From positions 1,557,579-1,589,578 of the forward strand of contig NZ_CP031841.1 in assembly GCF_003432385.1 (NCBI RefSeq): a stretch of DNA of 32,000 nucleotides. The letters run 5' to 3'. Source of the DNA: Breoghania sp. L-A4. GTDB taxonomy: Bacteria > Pseudomonadota > Alphaproteobacteria > Rhizobiales > Stappiaceae. The notes under the pieces were generated by a model. The model did not search any database. It was not told where the DNA came from and saw only the letters and a program-made list of their open reading frames with translations. The position numbers and the translations under genes were made by a program. Positions 7,594-17,864 of this stretch are shown here, piece by piece (the first letter of the stretch is position 1; every line of letters begins with the position of its first letter).

Positions 7594-9153
7594 TCAAAAC
7601 CCGCGTTTGAGTGATCCGAGCAAGCCGCGCACGAGCGCCCGGCCAATGGACGAGCCCATGGACCGGACCACGGATTTGACCGCCGCCTCGGTCACGCTTT
7701 GGCGCTGCGAGCGGCGTTGGGTCGTGCGTTGCCGCGCCGTCTTCGTGGGCCGGTCGTCGCGTCCGAAGTCCGGCACGCTGAAACCCGAACGCGTGCGACG
7801 GGTCCGGTTTCCGCTTTCGCGGTCCCGGTCTTCGCGGGCGCGCTGCTCTTCTTCCAGAGCAATCGCCTTGGCCGCGCGCTCCTTCAGGATCTCGTAGGCC
7901 GATTCCCGGTCCTGGGATTCGTCGTAGACCCCGAACAGCGGGCTGGCCTGGATCACCTTGCGCACCTCTGACTCCGTGAGCGGGCCCAGTCGAGACGATG
8001 GCGGCCGCACCAGCGTGCGCTCCACGATCGATGGCACGCCCTTGGCGCCGAGAGTGGAGACCAGCGCCTCGCCAACACCGAGCTCGGTGATCACCTGCAC
8101 GGTGTCCAGATCCGGGTTGGGACGGAAGGTTTCCGCAGCCGCGCGGACCGCCTTCTGGTCGCGCGGGGTGAAGGCGCGCAGGGCGTGCTGCACCCGGTTG
8201 CCGAGCTGGGACAGCACGCTGTCGGGCACGTCGAGCGGGTTCTGGGTCACGAAATAGATGCCGACGCCCTTCGACCGGATGAGCCGCACGATCTGCTCGA
8301 CCTTTTCCAGAAGCACTTTGGGCGCCTCATCGAACAGCAGATGCGCCTCGTCGAAGAAGAACACCAGCCGCGGCTTGTCGGGATCGCCGACCTCGGGCAG
8401 TTCCTCGAAGAGCTCGGACAGCAGCCACAGCAGGAATGTCGCATAGAGCCGTGGCGACTCCATCAGCTTGCCGGCGGCCAGAATGTTGACTATCCCGCGG
8501 CCGTCACGCGTGGTGCGCATCAGGTCACGAATATCGAGCGCGGGTTCGCCGAAGAAGGCCTCGCCGCCCTGGCGCTCGAGCACCAGCAACTGGCGCTGGA
8601 TGGCGCCGATGGAGGCCTTGGAGACGTTGCCGTAGATCGTCGAGACCTCCTTGGCGCGATCGCCCAGGTTCACCAGCATCGCGCGCAAGTCCTTGAGGTC
8701 CAGCAGCAGCAGGCCCTCGTCGTCGGCAATCTGAAAGGCGATGTTGAGCACGCCTTCCTGTGTCGCATTGAGGTCCATCAGCCGCGCCAGCAGCAGCGGT
8801 CCCATTTCCGAGATCGTGGTGCGCACCGAATGGCCGCTTTCGCCGAACAGGTCCCAGAACACCGTGGGGAAGCCGGCGAACGCGTAGTCGTCGGCAAAGC
8901 CGATGGTCTGCGCGCGCTTGGTGAGGAAATCCTTTGTCTCGCCTGGCGTGGCAAGGCCGGACAGATCCCCCTTGATGTCCGAGCAGAACACAGGAACGCC
9001 CGCGTCGGAAAAGCCCTCCGCGAGGATCTGCAGCGACACCGTCTTGCCGGTGCCGGTGGCGCCTGTGATCAACCCATGCCGGTTGGCGTATTTCAGGTCG
9101 AGGTATTGCGGCTTCGAGCCCGCGCCAATGAAGAGTTTTCCGTCGACGAGCAC
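7594..9153 (-). CDS. DUF853 / HerA-like P-loop ATPase (YjgR family)
   Basis: 519 aa, GTG start after GGGAGA. Walker A GATGTGKT, Walker [10 protein letters not shown] and a basic disordered C-terminal tail ending in [10 protein letters not shown]. Confidence 0.9.
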   Translation of the reverse strand: MLVDGKLFIGAGSKPQYLDLKYANRHGLITGATGTGKTVSLQILAEGFSDAGVPVFCSDIKGDLSGLATPGETKDFLTKRAQTIGFADDYAFAGFPTVFWDLFGESGHSVRTTISEMGPLLLARLMDLNATQEGVLNIAFQIADDEGLLLLDLKDLRAMLVNLGDRAKEVSTIYGNVSKASIGAIQRQLLVLERQGGEAFFGEPALDIRDLMRTTRDGRGIVNILAAGKLMESPRLYATFLLWLLSELFEELPEVGDPDKPRLVFFFDEAHLLFDEAPKVLLEKVEQIVRLIRSKGVGIYFVTQNPLDVPDSVLSQLGNRVQHALRAFTPRDQKAVRAAAETFRPNPDLDTVQVITELGVGEALVSTLGAKGVPSIVERTLVRPPSSRLGPLTESEVRKVIQASPLFGVYDESQDRESAYEILKERAAKAIALEEEQRAREDRDRESGNRTRRTRSGFSVPDFGRDDRPTKTARQRTTQRRSQRQSVTEAAVKSVVRSMGSSIGRALVRGLLGSLKRGF

Positions 9154-9437
9154 GCGTTTCTCCCAGAGTTGCGGGACGCGCGTTGACCGGAGCGCCCTGG
9201 CGTTGATTGTCCGTCGGCTGAAACGTCGCGACGCCCGCTGCCTGATGCAGGGGGCCGGGATGTTCCCGCCTGGGTGTCCGCGGCACCGGGAGAGCCCGGT
9301 TGGCGGGCTCGTTCCCCGCGATCGGGGCCAAACACAGGATGCCGTGTATTTTCTTCGCTTCCAAGACCTTATCGGCTTGCGAAGCCGGCGCGACTGTTGT
9401 CACATTGCCATGAAATACGCCAGTCACGGAGGCGGCA

Positions 9438-9824
9438 ATGAACGAACTGATCGAACGTATCGTAGCGAAAACAGGCATCAGCCCGGAGCTTGCCCGGCAG
9501 GCGGTCGCCATTATCCTCAGATTTCTGAACAAGGACGGACCGTCCGATCTCGTGAGGCAGGTGATCGACGCCATTCCCGGCGCGCGTGACCTGATCGAGG
9601 AGAAGGACACGGCCGGCGGCGGCGGCATGCTGGGCGGACTGGCCGGCATGATGGGCGGCATGGGCGCCATGGGTGCGCTCAATGAACTCACCAGCGCGGG
9701 GCTCGACATGAGCCAGGTCCAGTCGGTCACAAAGGAAGTCGTCACCTTCGCCAAGGAAAAGGCTGACGAGGACACCGTCGACGAGATCATCAATGCGATT
9801 CCCGGCCTCAGCCAGGTCGTGTGA
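9438..9824 (+). CDS. hypothetical protein, two helical halves joined by a Gly/Met-rich linker
   Basis: 128 aa. GGAGG lies before the ATG. The linker is GGGGMLGGLAGMMGGMGAMGAL, and both halves contain a ..AIPG.. motif. GC3 is high. Confidence 0.7.
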   Translation: MNELIERIVAKTGISPELARQAVAIILRFLNKDGPSDLVRQVIDAIPGARDLIEEKDTAGGGGMLGGLAGMMGGMGAMGALNELTSAGLDMSQVQSVTKEVVTFAKEKADEDTVDEIINAIPGLSQVV

Positions 9825-9901
9825 TGAAACGGGTGGCCGTTCCGGCTGCCCGGCACTTCAACTCAATTTCGTGAGATGTTTTATTTGGGAGCACACTGAT
9901 C

Positions 9902-10312
9902 ATGTCTTCTTACCCGATTGCAGATATTGAAGGGATCGGCCCGGCCTACGCCGCGAAGCTGTCCGCTGCGGGCATAACCAACACAGGGGCCTATCTGGAC
10001 CGCGCCAAGGATCCGAAGGGACGCAAGGCGCTGGCCGAGGAGACCGGCATCGAGGCGTCGCGGATCCTGAAGTGGGCGAACATGGCCGATCTGATGCGGA
10101 TCAAGGGCGTCGCCGAGGAATATTCGGAACTGCTGGAAGCCGCGGGCGTCGATACGGTCAAGGAATTGCGCAACCGCAACGCGGAGAACCTTGCCGCCAA
10201 GATGGCCGAGGTCAACGAGACCAAGAAGCTTGTGCGTCTGGTTCCGAGCGCGAAGTCCGTCACCGACTGGGTCGAGCAGGCCAAGACGCTCGAGCCGATG
10301 ATGACCTACTGA
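9902..10312 (+). CDS. DUF4332 domain protein (helix-hairpin-helix-like)
   Basis: 136 aa. IEGIGPAYAAKLSAAGI and LMRIKGVAEEYSELLEAAGVDTV are typical of DUF4332. Confidence 0.8.
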   Translation: MSSYPIADIEGIGPAYAAKLSAAGITNTGAYLDRAKDPKGRKALAEETGIEASRILKWANMADLMRIKGVAEEYSELLEAAGVDTVKELRNRNAENLAAKMAEVNETKKLVRLVPSAKSVTDWVEQAKTLEPMMTY

Positions 10313-10344
10313 TACCAACGGCCGCGCGGTGGCGCCGGAATGCA

Positions 10345-10378
10345 AAACGGGGAGCTGAGAAGCTCCCCGTTTCATTTT
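10345..10378. terminator. rho-independent terminator, possibly bidirectional
   Basis: AAACGGGGAGCT-gaga-AGCTCCCCGTTT, a 12-bp perfect stem followed by CATTTT. It lies between the convergent stops at 10312 and 10460. Confidence 0.8.
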
Positions 10379-10459
10379 GGACCGGCACTGAAATCCGGCG
10401 CCGGCGGTCTCTGGCGCGCCCCGGTCTCGCCCAAATCGGCTGCGGGGCGATGAACCGGC

Positions 10460-11179
10460 CTAGCGCTGGCCGATGCGAATCTGGGCGTAGCGCAGGGCTT
10501 CCACGACGGTGTGCGTCTTGTTGGACGCGTTGAGCTTGGATCCCGCGTTCTGCAGATGGGCGTGCACGGTACGCTGAGAGATCTTCAGCAGCTCGGCAAT
10601 GTCGGACGCGGTCTTGCCCAATGCCGTGAGCTCCAGCACGCAACGCTCGCGTGCGGACAAGTCGCCCGGGCGGTCGGAGTTCACGAAACCGAGCTGGATG
10701 AGGCGGCGGATCGCGACGCTGCACAGGATGTCGATGCCCGAAAGGGCTTCCGACGAAATGGCCATGTCGCGGCCGGCGCAGACGATGACCGCCTGGAAGG
10801 GATCCACGTCGTCCACCGGCACCACGAGCACATTGACGTCGCCGTCCGCCGCGCCCGCGGCTTCCAGCAGATCGGAATGCTCGCCATCGGCGGTGTCGGA
10901 TTGCCACAGGAACGGGCGCACCGCCGTCAGGCAGACCGTGAGGATCGAATCGCTTGCCGTGACGGTGCTCAACTCGACCCCGTCGCGCCGCAGGTCGGGC
11001 CAGCGGAAGCGCAGGATCAGGTTGTCGATCGGCCGGTTGGGCATCGGCAGCCCGGTGATCAGGATGTGGGATGCGCCATGCCGGCGCAACTGGGTTTCCA
11101 GAACGTCCAAGACGTGCTTCGGATCGCTTGCACGGTTCAGTTTCTTGGCTATGTCGAAGAGTTCTAGCATTTCTGTCAT
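10460..11179 (-). CDS. LuxR-family transcriptional regulator (GerE-type C-terminal HTH)
   Basis: C-terminal LSARERCVLELTALGKTASDIAELLKISQRTVHAHLQNAGSKLNASNKTH. The likely start is the ATG at 11179 (MTEMLELFD..) after GAAGG. The N-terminal domain has no clear AHL-binding signature. Confidence 0.85.
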   Translation of the reverse strand: MTEMLELFDIAKKLNRASDPKHVLDVLETQLRRHGASHILITGLPMPNRPIDNLILRFRWPDLRRDGVELSTVTASDSILTVCLTAVRPFLWQSDTADGEHSDLLEAAGAADGDVNVLVVPVDDVDPFQAVIVCAGRDMAISSEALSGIDILCSVAIRRLIQLGFVNSDRPGDLSARERCVLELTALGKTASDIAELLKISQRTVHAHLQNAGSKLNASNKTHTVVEALRYAQIRIGQR

Positions 11180-11878
11180 GATGGGGCCTTCGGTCTTCGT
11201 ATTATTATGTTCTGGTTCCGCGCGCATTTCGTCGGAAACCATTGTTTTTGGGCTATTTTAGCCTCGTTAATCATCTGTCGCATGACAACGTTCACAGCAG
11301 TAACTATTACTATGTGCATGATCGACGTTGCAAAATAACTCTACGGTGAATTTGCCGTGAGGTCTATCAAATTTGCTTATGTTCGTATTTGCGCGAATAA
11401 GCCAAGTGCCGTTACGGCACAGAAACGGCAGGTATTGCTCCTGTTCTGTCTTGCTCCGTCCGCGTGCGGACGGCGGTTCATCCGGGGCCGCCCGTTGTTC
11501 CTGAATGGCCGTATTCCGAGACGAACCCCGATTCCGGCTTTCGAGCCATCCTTCCTGGGACTGGCAATTTGAACAATATGATTTGTCCTGATTGGGCGTT
11601 GAGTTCAATATTCATTCACGCTGATGCTGAAATGTCGGTTGGATCGGGTGAAAGGGGCCCGTATCCGCATCGTCGTCAGGGGCGGGCGTTCGGGCGGGAC
11701 CGCCGCGGGACAGGTGCAGGGAGCGAATCCGGCGTCGATGCGTCATCCTCGTGCGACTATTTGACGGAATGCGCACTGGCATGCGATCGCGTTTTCCGGT
11801 TACCTGTGGTGCGATGCGAGAGTATTGCTGTTTCGGTCAAGCGTAACGGCCGATTGAACAACAGGACCCGGAACCGAC

Positions 11879-13850
11879 GTGCAGGCACTTGATTTTGCGG
11901 CCGGCTTTGCGCCCGGCACACAAGCCGACTGGCAGCAACTGGTGGAAAAGGCGCTGAAGGGCGCGTCCTTCGATAGGTTGCGCTCGGTGACCGACGGTGG
12001 ATTGCCGATCGAGCCGCTGTATTCCGGCAGGCGTGACGTGGCGGCGGTCTCCGGCAGGCCCGCCGCGCAGCCCTGGACCGTCGTGACGCGCATCGCGCAT
12101 CCCAGTCCAGCCGTCTCGAACAGCATGATTCTGGAAGACCTTGACGGGGCGCCAACGGTCTCGACCTGATCATGTCGTCGTCCAATCACGCCCGCGGCTC
12201 GGGCATCGTTGTCGACACGTTCGCCGACCTGGAAACGCTCCTGGGCGGCGTGCATCTGGACCTTATCTCCCTGAGGCTCAATGCCGGCCACGAGTGCCGC
12301 CCGCTCATCGCCATGCTCCTGGAACTTGCCGGCCGGCGCGGCCATGACATTGCGGCGCTTGATATCCGCGCTGCCGTCGATCCGATCGCGGCCATGGTTC
12401 AGTCGGGCCGTCAGTCGGCGCCGCTCGAGCGGCTCGCGCCGCGTCTGCAGGACCTCGCGCACTATCTGGAGGATCGCGGCCTCAAGGGCTCGGTGACCAA
12501 GGCGGACGGGCGGGTCTGGCACGCGGCCGGCGCCAGCGACGCGCAGGAGCTTGGCTACACGCTCGCCAGCGCCGTGACCTATCTGCGCCTGCTCGACGAT
12601 GCCGGTATCGCCGGCTTCGTTCCGCAGGACCGGGTCGACGTTGCGCTTGCCGCCGACACCGACCAGTTCGGCACGATCGCCAAGATTCGCGCCATGCGGC
12701 GCCTGTGGGCCCGGGTGCTGGACGCATCCGGTCTCGAGCAGCGTCCGCTGCATATCCATGCGGAGACCGCGTGGCGCATGATGACCCGCCGGGATCCCTG
12801 GGTGAACATGTTGCGCGGCACGGTGGCGTGCTTCGCCGCGGGTGTCGGGGGCGCGGACAGCGTAACGGTCCTGCCGTTCACGGAGGCGCTCGGCGTGCCG
12901 GATTCCTTTGCGCGGCGGATTGCGCGCAATATTCAGACCATCCTGCTTGAGGAATCCAATGTGCACCGGGTGGCCGATCCGGCGGCGGGGTCTGGCGCGG
13001 TCGAAGCGCGCACCCAGCAGCTTGTGCAGGAGGCATGGGCGCTGTTTCAGGATGCCGAGGCGGCCGGTGGAATCGAGCGGGCCTATGTCGACGGCAGGAT
13101 TACGCCCGGCATCGTCAAGGTGCGTGACGAACGGCTGCAGCGGGTTGCCACGCGCCGCGATCCGCTGACCGGGACCAGCGCGTTCGCCAATCTCGACGAG
13201 CGCCCGGTGAGCGTTGTCGTGGCCGAGCCTGTGGATCTTTCCGCGTCCTCGCGTTCGCTCGAACTGCCGCCTCCGGGCAAGGGTGATCTGATGCGCGCGC
13301 TTGTTGATGCGGTGCGCGACGGTGCGAGCGTATCGGAGATGACGCTGGCGCGCGGCGCGCCGTCCCGGACCCAGGTGGAGGCGCTGCCGCCGATGCGTCT
13401 GGCCGAGCCGTATGAGGCGTTGCGCGACGCGGCGGATTGCTCTTTCGCCGCCACGGGTGCGCGGCCGGCGGTGTTTCTGGCGACGATCGGCGGTGCCGCC
13501 GACCATGCGGCCCGGTCCGGCTGGGCGCGCACGCTCTTTGCCGCCGGGGCATCGAGGCGGTCACGGGCGAGCCTGCGCCCGCGGATGCAGTCTCGGAGAT
13601 GGCGGCGGCATTCGCGGACAGCGGCGCCCGCATCGCGTGTATCTGCTCCACCGACGCGCTGTATGCCGACCATGCCGAAGCGCTGGCGCGGGCGTTGAGG
13701 GAGGCGGGCGCCCGGGCCGTGTATCTGGCGGGAAGGCCTGGCGAATTGCGGGACGCGCTGACGGATGCCGGCGTGACGGATTTCCTGTACGAGGGGTGCG
13801 ATGTGCTCGCCGCCTTGCGTCACGTGCACGACGTGCTGGATTTGGGCTAA
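11879..13850 (+). pseudogene. mutA: methylmalonyl-CoA mutase small (beta) subunit, interrupted by two -1 frameshifts
   Basis: GTG start. Three successive frames read as one MCM-beta-like protein: ..ILEDLDG|GANGLDLIMSS.. (GGGG at 12146-12149) and ..RTLFAAG|GIEAVTGEP.. (GGGG at 13546-13549). It sits immediately upstream of the large-subunit gene. Confidence 0.85.
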
Positions 13851-13898
13851 CATGATGGCCGAGAGGACGCGGGCGGCTTGCCCGGGGGAGCGAACGCG

Positions 13899-16061
13899 AT
13901 GAGCCGGATCCCGGACTTTTCCCAGATCGACTATGCCGACGTGCTGCCCGAGGCGGACGCGGGCGCCGCGCAGCCGTGGCAGACGCCCGAGGATATTCTT
14001 GTGAAGCCGGTCTATACGTCGTCGGATCTCGACGGGCTGGATTTTCTCGAAACCTGGCCGGGCATGGCGCCCTATCTGCGCGGCCCCTATCCGACGATGT
14101 ATGTCCAGCAGCCCTGGACGGTGCGCCAGTACGCGGGCTTCTCGACGGCCGAGGATTCCAATGCGTTTTACCGGCGCAACCTGGCGGCCGGCCAGAAGGG
14201 ACTGTCGATCGCCTTCGATCTCGCCACCCACCGCGGCTACGACAGTGACCATCCGCGGGTGTCGGGCGACGTGGGCATGGCGGGCGTGGCCATCGATTCC
14301 ATTCTCGACATGCGCACCCTGTTCGACGGCATCCCGCTCGACAAGATGACCGTGTCGATGACCATGAACGGCGCGGTGCTGCCGGTGCTGGCGCTCTACA
14401 TCGTGGCGGCGGAAGAGCAGGGCGTGCCGCACGAGAAGCTGGCCGGGACCATCCAGAACGACATCCTCAAGGAGTTCATGGTCCGCAACACCTATATCTA
14501 TCCCCCATTGCCCTCGATGCGGATCATCTCCGACATCTTCGCCTTCACCGCCGCTCATATGCCGAAATACAATTCGATCTCGATTTCCGGCTATCACATG
14601 CAGGAAGCGGGCGCGACGGCGGACCTGGAACTGGCCTACACCATCGCCGACGGGATTGAGTACGCGCGCGCGGGCGTCGCCGCCGGCATGGACATCGATG
14701 CCTTCGCGCCCCGGCTGTCCTTCTTCTGGGCCATCGGCATGAACTTCTTCATGGAAGTCGCCAAGCTGCGCGCCGCCCGCCTTGTCTGGGCCAAGCTGAT
14801 CAAGCGCGAGTTCGATCCCAAGAACCCCAAGTCGCTCAGCCTGCGCGCCCACTCGCAGACGTCCGGCTGGTCGCTCACCGCCCAGGACGTGTTCAACAAC
14901 GTGGCGCGCACCTGCGTGGAGGCCATGGCGGCGACCCAGGGCCACACCCAGTCGCTGCACACCAATTCGCTCGACGAGGCGCTGGCGCTGCCCACCGATT
15001 TCTCCGCCCGCATCGCCCGCAACACCCAGCTTTTCCTGCAGCAGGAGACGGGCACCACCCGGACCATCGATCCCTGGGGCGGTTCCTTCTACGTGGAGCG
15101 GCTGACCTACGAGCTGGCGGCATCCGCGCTGGAGCACATCGAGGAAGTCGAAAGACTCGGCGGCATGGCCAAGGCCATCGAGAAGGGCATCCCGAAGCTG
15201 CGCATCGAGGAGGCGGCCGCCAAGACCCAGGCGCGGATCGACGCGGGCCGGCAGACGGTGGTCGGCGTCAACAAGTTCAAGCCCGACACCGAAGAGACCA
15301 TCGACGTGCTGAAGGTCGACAACGCCGGGGTGCGGGCGCAGCAGATCGCCAAGCTCGAGCGCCTGCGCGGCATGCGCGACGAGGCGGCCTGCCAGGCGGC
15401 GCTGGATGCGCTGACGGAAGGCGCGCGGGGCTCCGGCAACCTGCTGGATCTGTCGGTCAAGGCGGCCCGCGCCATGGCGACGGTGGGCGAGATCAGCCTG
15501 GCGATGGAAAAGGTCTTTGGCCGCCACAAGGCCGAGATCAAGTCGATTTCGGGCGTCTACAAACGGGAGGTCGGAGCCATGTCGGATGCGGTGGACAAGG
15601 TCTTGAAGCTGGCCGCCGCGTTCGAGGAAAACGACGGCCGCCGCCCGCGTATTCTGGTCGCCAAGATGGGCCAGGACGGGCACGACCGCGGCCAGAAGGT
15701 GATCGCTTCGTCGTTTGCCGATCTCGGCTTCGACGTCGATATCGGTCCGCTGTTCCAGACACCCGAGGAAGCGGCGCGTCAGGCGGTGGAGAATGACGTG
15801 CACATGGTCGGCGTCTCATCGCTGGCCGCCGGTCATCTGACGCTGGTGCCGGCGCTGAAAAAGGCGCTGGCGGACGAGGGCCGCGAGGACATCATGATCG
15901 TCGTCGGCGGCGTGGTTCCGCCGCAGGATTACGACGCGCTCCATGAGGCTGGCGCGGCGGCCATCTTCCCGCCGGGCACCGTCATCGCCGAGGCCGCCCA
16001 GGACCTGATCCACAAACTCAACCAGCGGCTGGGCTACGAGCCCGCGCAAGCCGCGGAGTAG
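13899..16061 (+). CDS. scpA: methylmalonyl-CoA mutase large (alpha) subunit
   Basis: ~720 aa. The ATG at 13899 follows GGGGGAG. The sequence is typical of MCM alpha, including the C-terminal cobalamin-binding DxHxxG (GQDGHDRG). Confidence 0.95.
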   Translation: MSRIPDFSQIDYADVLPEADAGAAQPWQTPEDILVKPVYTSSDLDGLDFLETWPGMAPYLRGPYPTMYVQQPWTVRQYAGFSTAEDSNAFYRRNLAAGQKGLSIAFDLATHRGYDSDHPRVSGDVGMAGVAIDSILDMRTLFDGIPLDKMTVSMTMNGAVLPVLALYIVAAEEQGVPHEKLAGTIQNDILKEFMVRNTYIYPPLPSMRIISDIFAFTAAHMPKYNSISISGYHMQEAGATADLELAYTIADGIEYARAGVAAGMDIDAFAPRLSFFWAIGMNFFMEVAKLRAARLVWAKLIKREFDPKNPKSLSLRAHSQTSGWSLTAQDVFNNVARTCVEAMAATQGHTQSLHTNSLDEALALPTDFSARIARNTQLFLQQETGTTRTIDPWGGSFYVERLTYELAASALEHIEEVERLGGMAKAIEKGIPKLRIEEAAAKTQARIDAGRQTVVGVNKFKPDTEETIDVLKVDNAGVRAQQIAKLERLRGMRDEAACQAALDALTEGARGSGNLLDLSVKAARAMATVGEISLAMEKVFGRHKAEIKSISGVYKREVGAMSDAVDKVLKLAAAFEENDGRRPRILVAKMGQDGHDRGQKVIASSFADLGFDVDIGPLFQTPEEAARQAVENDVHMVGVSSLAAGHLTLVPALKKALADEGREDIMIVVGGVVPPQDYDALHEAGAAAIFPPGTVIAEAAQDLIHKLNQRLGYEPAQAAE

Positions 16062-16270
16062 GCGGGAGGCTTTCCGGCGCGCGCTCTTGCGTCTGCCACT
16101 CTCGGAGAGACCTTGTGCCGTCGCATGCGCAACCGTTTGCCATGCGTAATTGTATGTACATGTGGCAAGCGCGCCACCAAAATGCCGCTGCGGTAGAATA
16201 AGTTGCCAAAAAATATGGCGATTTCGGACGGCGGCAGAGCCCGCGACGCCGGATTCGCGAAGGCGGGGCA

Positions 16271-17680
16271 ATGAACAAGATCCTTCTCCACGCAGCGGTC
16301 CTCGCCGTGTCGTTTGCCGCGTCCGCGCACGCCTCTGATGAACGGCCCGTCTGGGACTGGAATGGCGTCTACATGGGCGCTCACGCCGGATGGGTCGGCA
16401 GCGATGTGCGCTGGACGGACAACACCGGGAACTGGTGGGCGCCGCCAGGATTTACCCATTCCGCGTCCGACAACGGGTTCATCGGCGGCGGGCAGGTCGG
16501 CATCCTGCGGCAACAGGGCAACATCGTTGGCGGTCTCGAACTCTCGGTGAGCGGCGCAAGCGGCGGAACACGCGCGGCCAGCCCGTTTTTTCCCGCAATC
16601 GATACATACAAGACCGAGATCGACACGCTGGTCAGCGTCACCGGACGGCTGGGATACGCGTTCGGCGACTGGCTTCCCTATGTCCAGGGTGGCTACGCAG
16701 GCGGCATGGTGTCGATGAGAAACACGAGCGGCGCGGGCTTTTTCGGATGTGCCGTTCCCTGTGTGTATGATTCCTCGCAGTGGCAGCACGGTTTCACGCT
16801 GGGTGGCGGCGTGGACTACAGGATCAGCGACAACATCGCGCTCGGCGTGAACTACAGATACGCAAACCTTGGTAATCACGCATACATCGGCGTCACCGGG
16901 AACGCCGGAACGCTGGAGAACTTCAAGGTCGGCGCGGACGTTCACGCCGTCACGGCGCGTGCGAATTGGCTGTTCGGGGATCAGGGGTCCTCGATTGCGT
17001 CTCGTGATGCCCCGGCCGCGGCGCCTGCATGGGATTGGAACGCGATCTATCTCGGCGTGCATGGCGGATTGGGTCACGGCGACATCGATTGGACCGACAA
17101 TCTGGGCGGTTGGTTCACGAATTTCGCCGGGAATTCATACATGTCCTCGGGCGACGGCGTGACGGGCGGTGTGCAGCTCGGAATGCTGACCCAATGGGAC
17201 CATGTCGTCGGCGGCATCGGCGTCAGCTTGAGTGCGATGAGTCTGGAAACCCGCGAGACAAGCCCGTTCTTTCCCCCAAGCGATACCCTGGAAACGAAGG
17301 TGGATCTGCTTGCGACCGTCACGGCCCGGATCGGATACGCATTCGGCAGTCTGCTGCCCTATGTCGAAGGTGGTTATGCCGGCGGCAATGTCAGCGTGAC
17401 AAATACCGATCGTCTGAACTGTTTTCCGGCGGCATGTCTTTTTGACACGACCAAGTGGCACCACGGCTTCACGCTCGGCGGCGGTCTCGACTATCGCGTG
17501 ACCGAGAATCTGGTGCTGGGTCTCAACTACAGCTACGTCAGCCTGGGCGACGCGACGCACAGTGGAACGACCACCAACACCTTCGGTGTGCCGGAAGACT
17601 ATACGGTCGGCGCCGATGTTCACGCGGTGACATTGCGGGCGAACTGGCTGTTCGACGGCACCTTGTTTTCCGCAGAGTGA
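16271..17680 (+). CDS. outer-membrane beta-barrel protein, tandem duplication of an Omp25/Omp31-like domain
   Basis: Signal peptide ..AASAHA. Residues ~25-235 and ~250-460 align to each other: WDWNG/AxYxG..., SPFFPxxDT, GYAFGxxLPYVxGGYAGG, HGFTLGGGxDYR, VGADVHAVTxRANWLF. Confidence 0.85.
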   Translation: MNKILLHAAVLAVSFAASAHASDERPVWDWNGVYMGAHAGWVGSDVRWTDNTGNWWAPPGFTHSASDNGFIGGGQVGILRQQGNIVGGLELSVSGASGGTRAASPFFPAIDTYKTEIDTLVSVTGRLGYAFGDWLPYVQGGYAGGMVSMRNTSGAGFFGCAVPCVYDSSQWQHGFTLGGGVDYRISDNIALGVNYRYANLGNHAYIGVTGNAGTLENFKVGADVHAVTARANWLFGDQGSSIASRDAPAAAPAWDWNAIYLGVHGGLGHGDIDWTDNLGGWFTNFAGNSYMSSGDGVTGGVQLGMLTQWDHVVGGIGVSLSAMSLETRETSPFFPPSDTLETKVDLLATVTARIGYAFGSLLPYVEGGYAGGNVSVTNTDRLNCFPAACLFDTTKWHHGFTLGGGLDYRVTENLVLGLNYSYVSLGDATHSGTTTNTFGVPEDYTVGADVHAVTLRANWLFDGTLFSAE

Positions 17681-17685
17681 TGCCT

Positions 17686-17795
17686 CCGGGCGTGCCGATC
17701 TTCCCGCCGGCCTCTGTGATCACCGAAGCTGCCCAGGGTCTGATCCACAAGCTCAACCAGCGGCTGAGCCAAAGCTCGCGCGGGCGGCCGAATAG
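17686..17795 (+). pseudogene. relic of the 3' end of an MCM large-subunit gene
   Basis: It translates as [27 protein letters not shown], against scp[27 protein letters not shown] (15950-16061). By-eye DNA identity is about 80 percent. The TAG lies at the equivalent position, 1 nt out of frame. Confidence 0.7.
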
Positions 17796-17837
17796 ACCGC
17801 GACCCGGTGCGCGGTCGCGACATGACGCTTGGCGAAT

Positions 17838-17857
17838 GTGTACTATTTATGGTACAT
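17838..17857 (+). promoter_or_regulatory. candidate TA promoter/operator
   Basis: A TGTAC-N8-GTACA inverted repeat encloses the AT-rich TATTTAT, just upstream of the toxin start. Confidence 0.3.
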
Positions 17858-17864
17858 GCAAGCC

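Noticed and set aside
8525-9856. 443-aa minus-strand ORF covering the DUF853 5' region and the antisense of the 9438-9824 gene
   Set aside because: It is in an overlapping off-frame of DUF853 and antisense to a well-formed plus-strand gene. Its product is low-complexity Arg/Pro/Ala-rich sequence.
11640-11878. Cobalamin riboswitch upstream of the B12-dependent mutase operon
   Set aside because: One stretch (AGGGAGCGAATCCGGCG) loosely recalls part of the riboswitch core. I could not find a B12 box (..GCCACTG..) or the expected helices, so it would need a covariance-model scan to reopen.
12140-13560. Programmed ribosomal frameshifting in mutA (and in the M20 peptidase at 22807)
   Set aside because: The sites are plain GGGG runs with no X XXY YYZ slippery heptamer and no obvious downstream stem-loop or pseudoknot. 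The same lesion type appears in unrelated genes, which favours indels or sequencing error.
11800-15803. Very long minus-strand ORFs (568 aa and 906 aa) antisense to mutA and scpA
   Set aside because: These are shadow ORFs of strongly GC3-biased genes. Their products are Arg/Gly/His-rich with no recognisable domains. The plus-strand products carry unmistakable MCM motifs, including DxHxxG.
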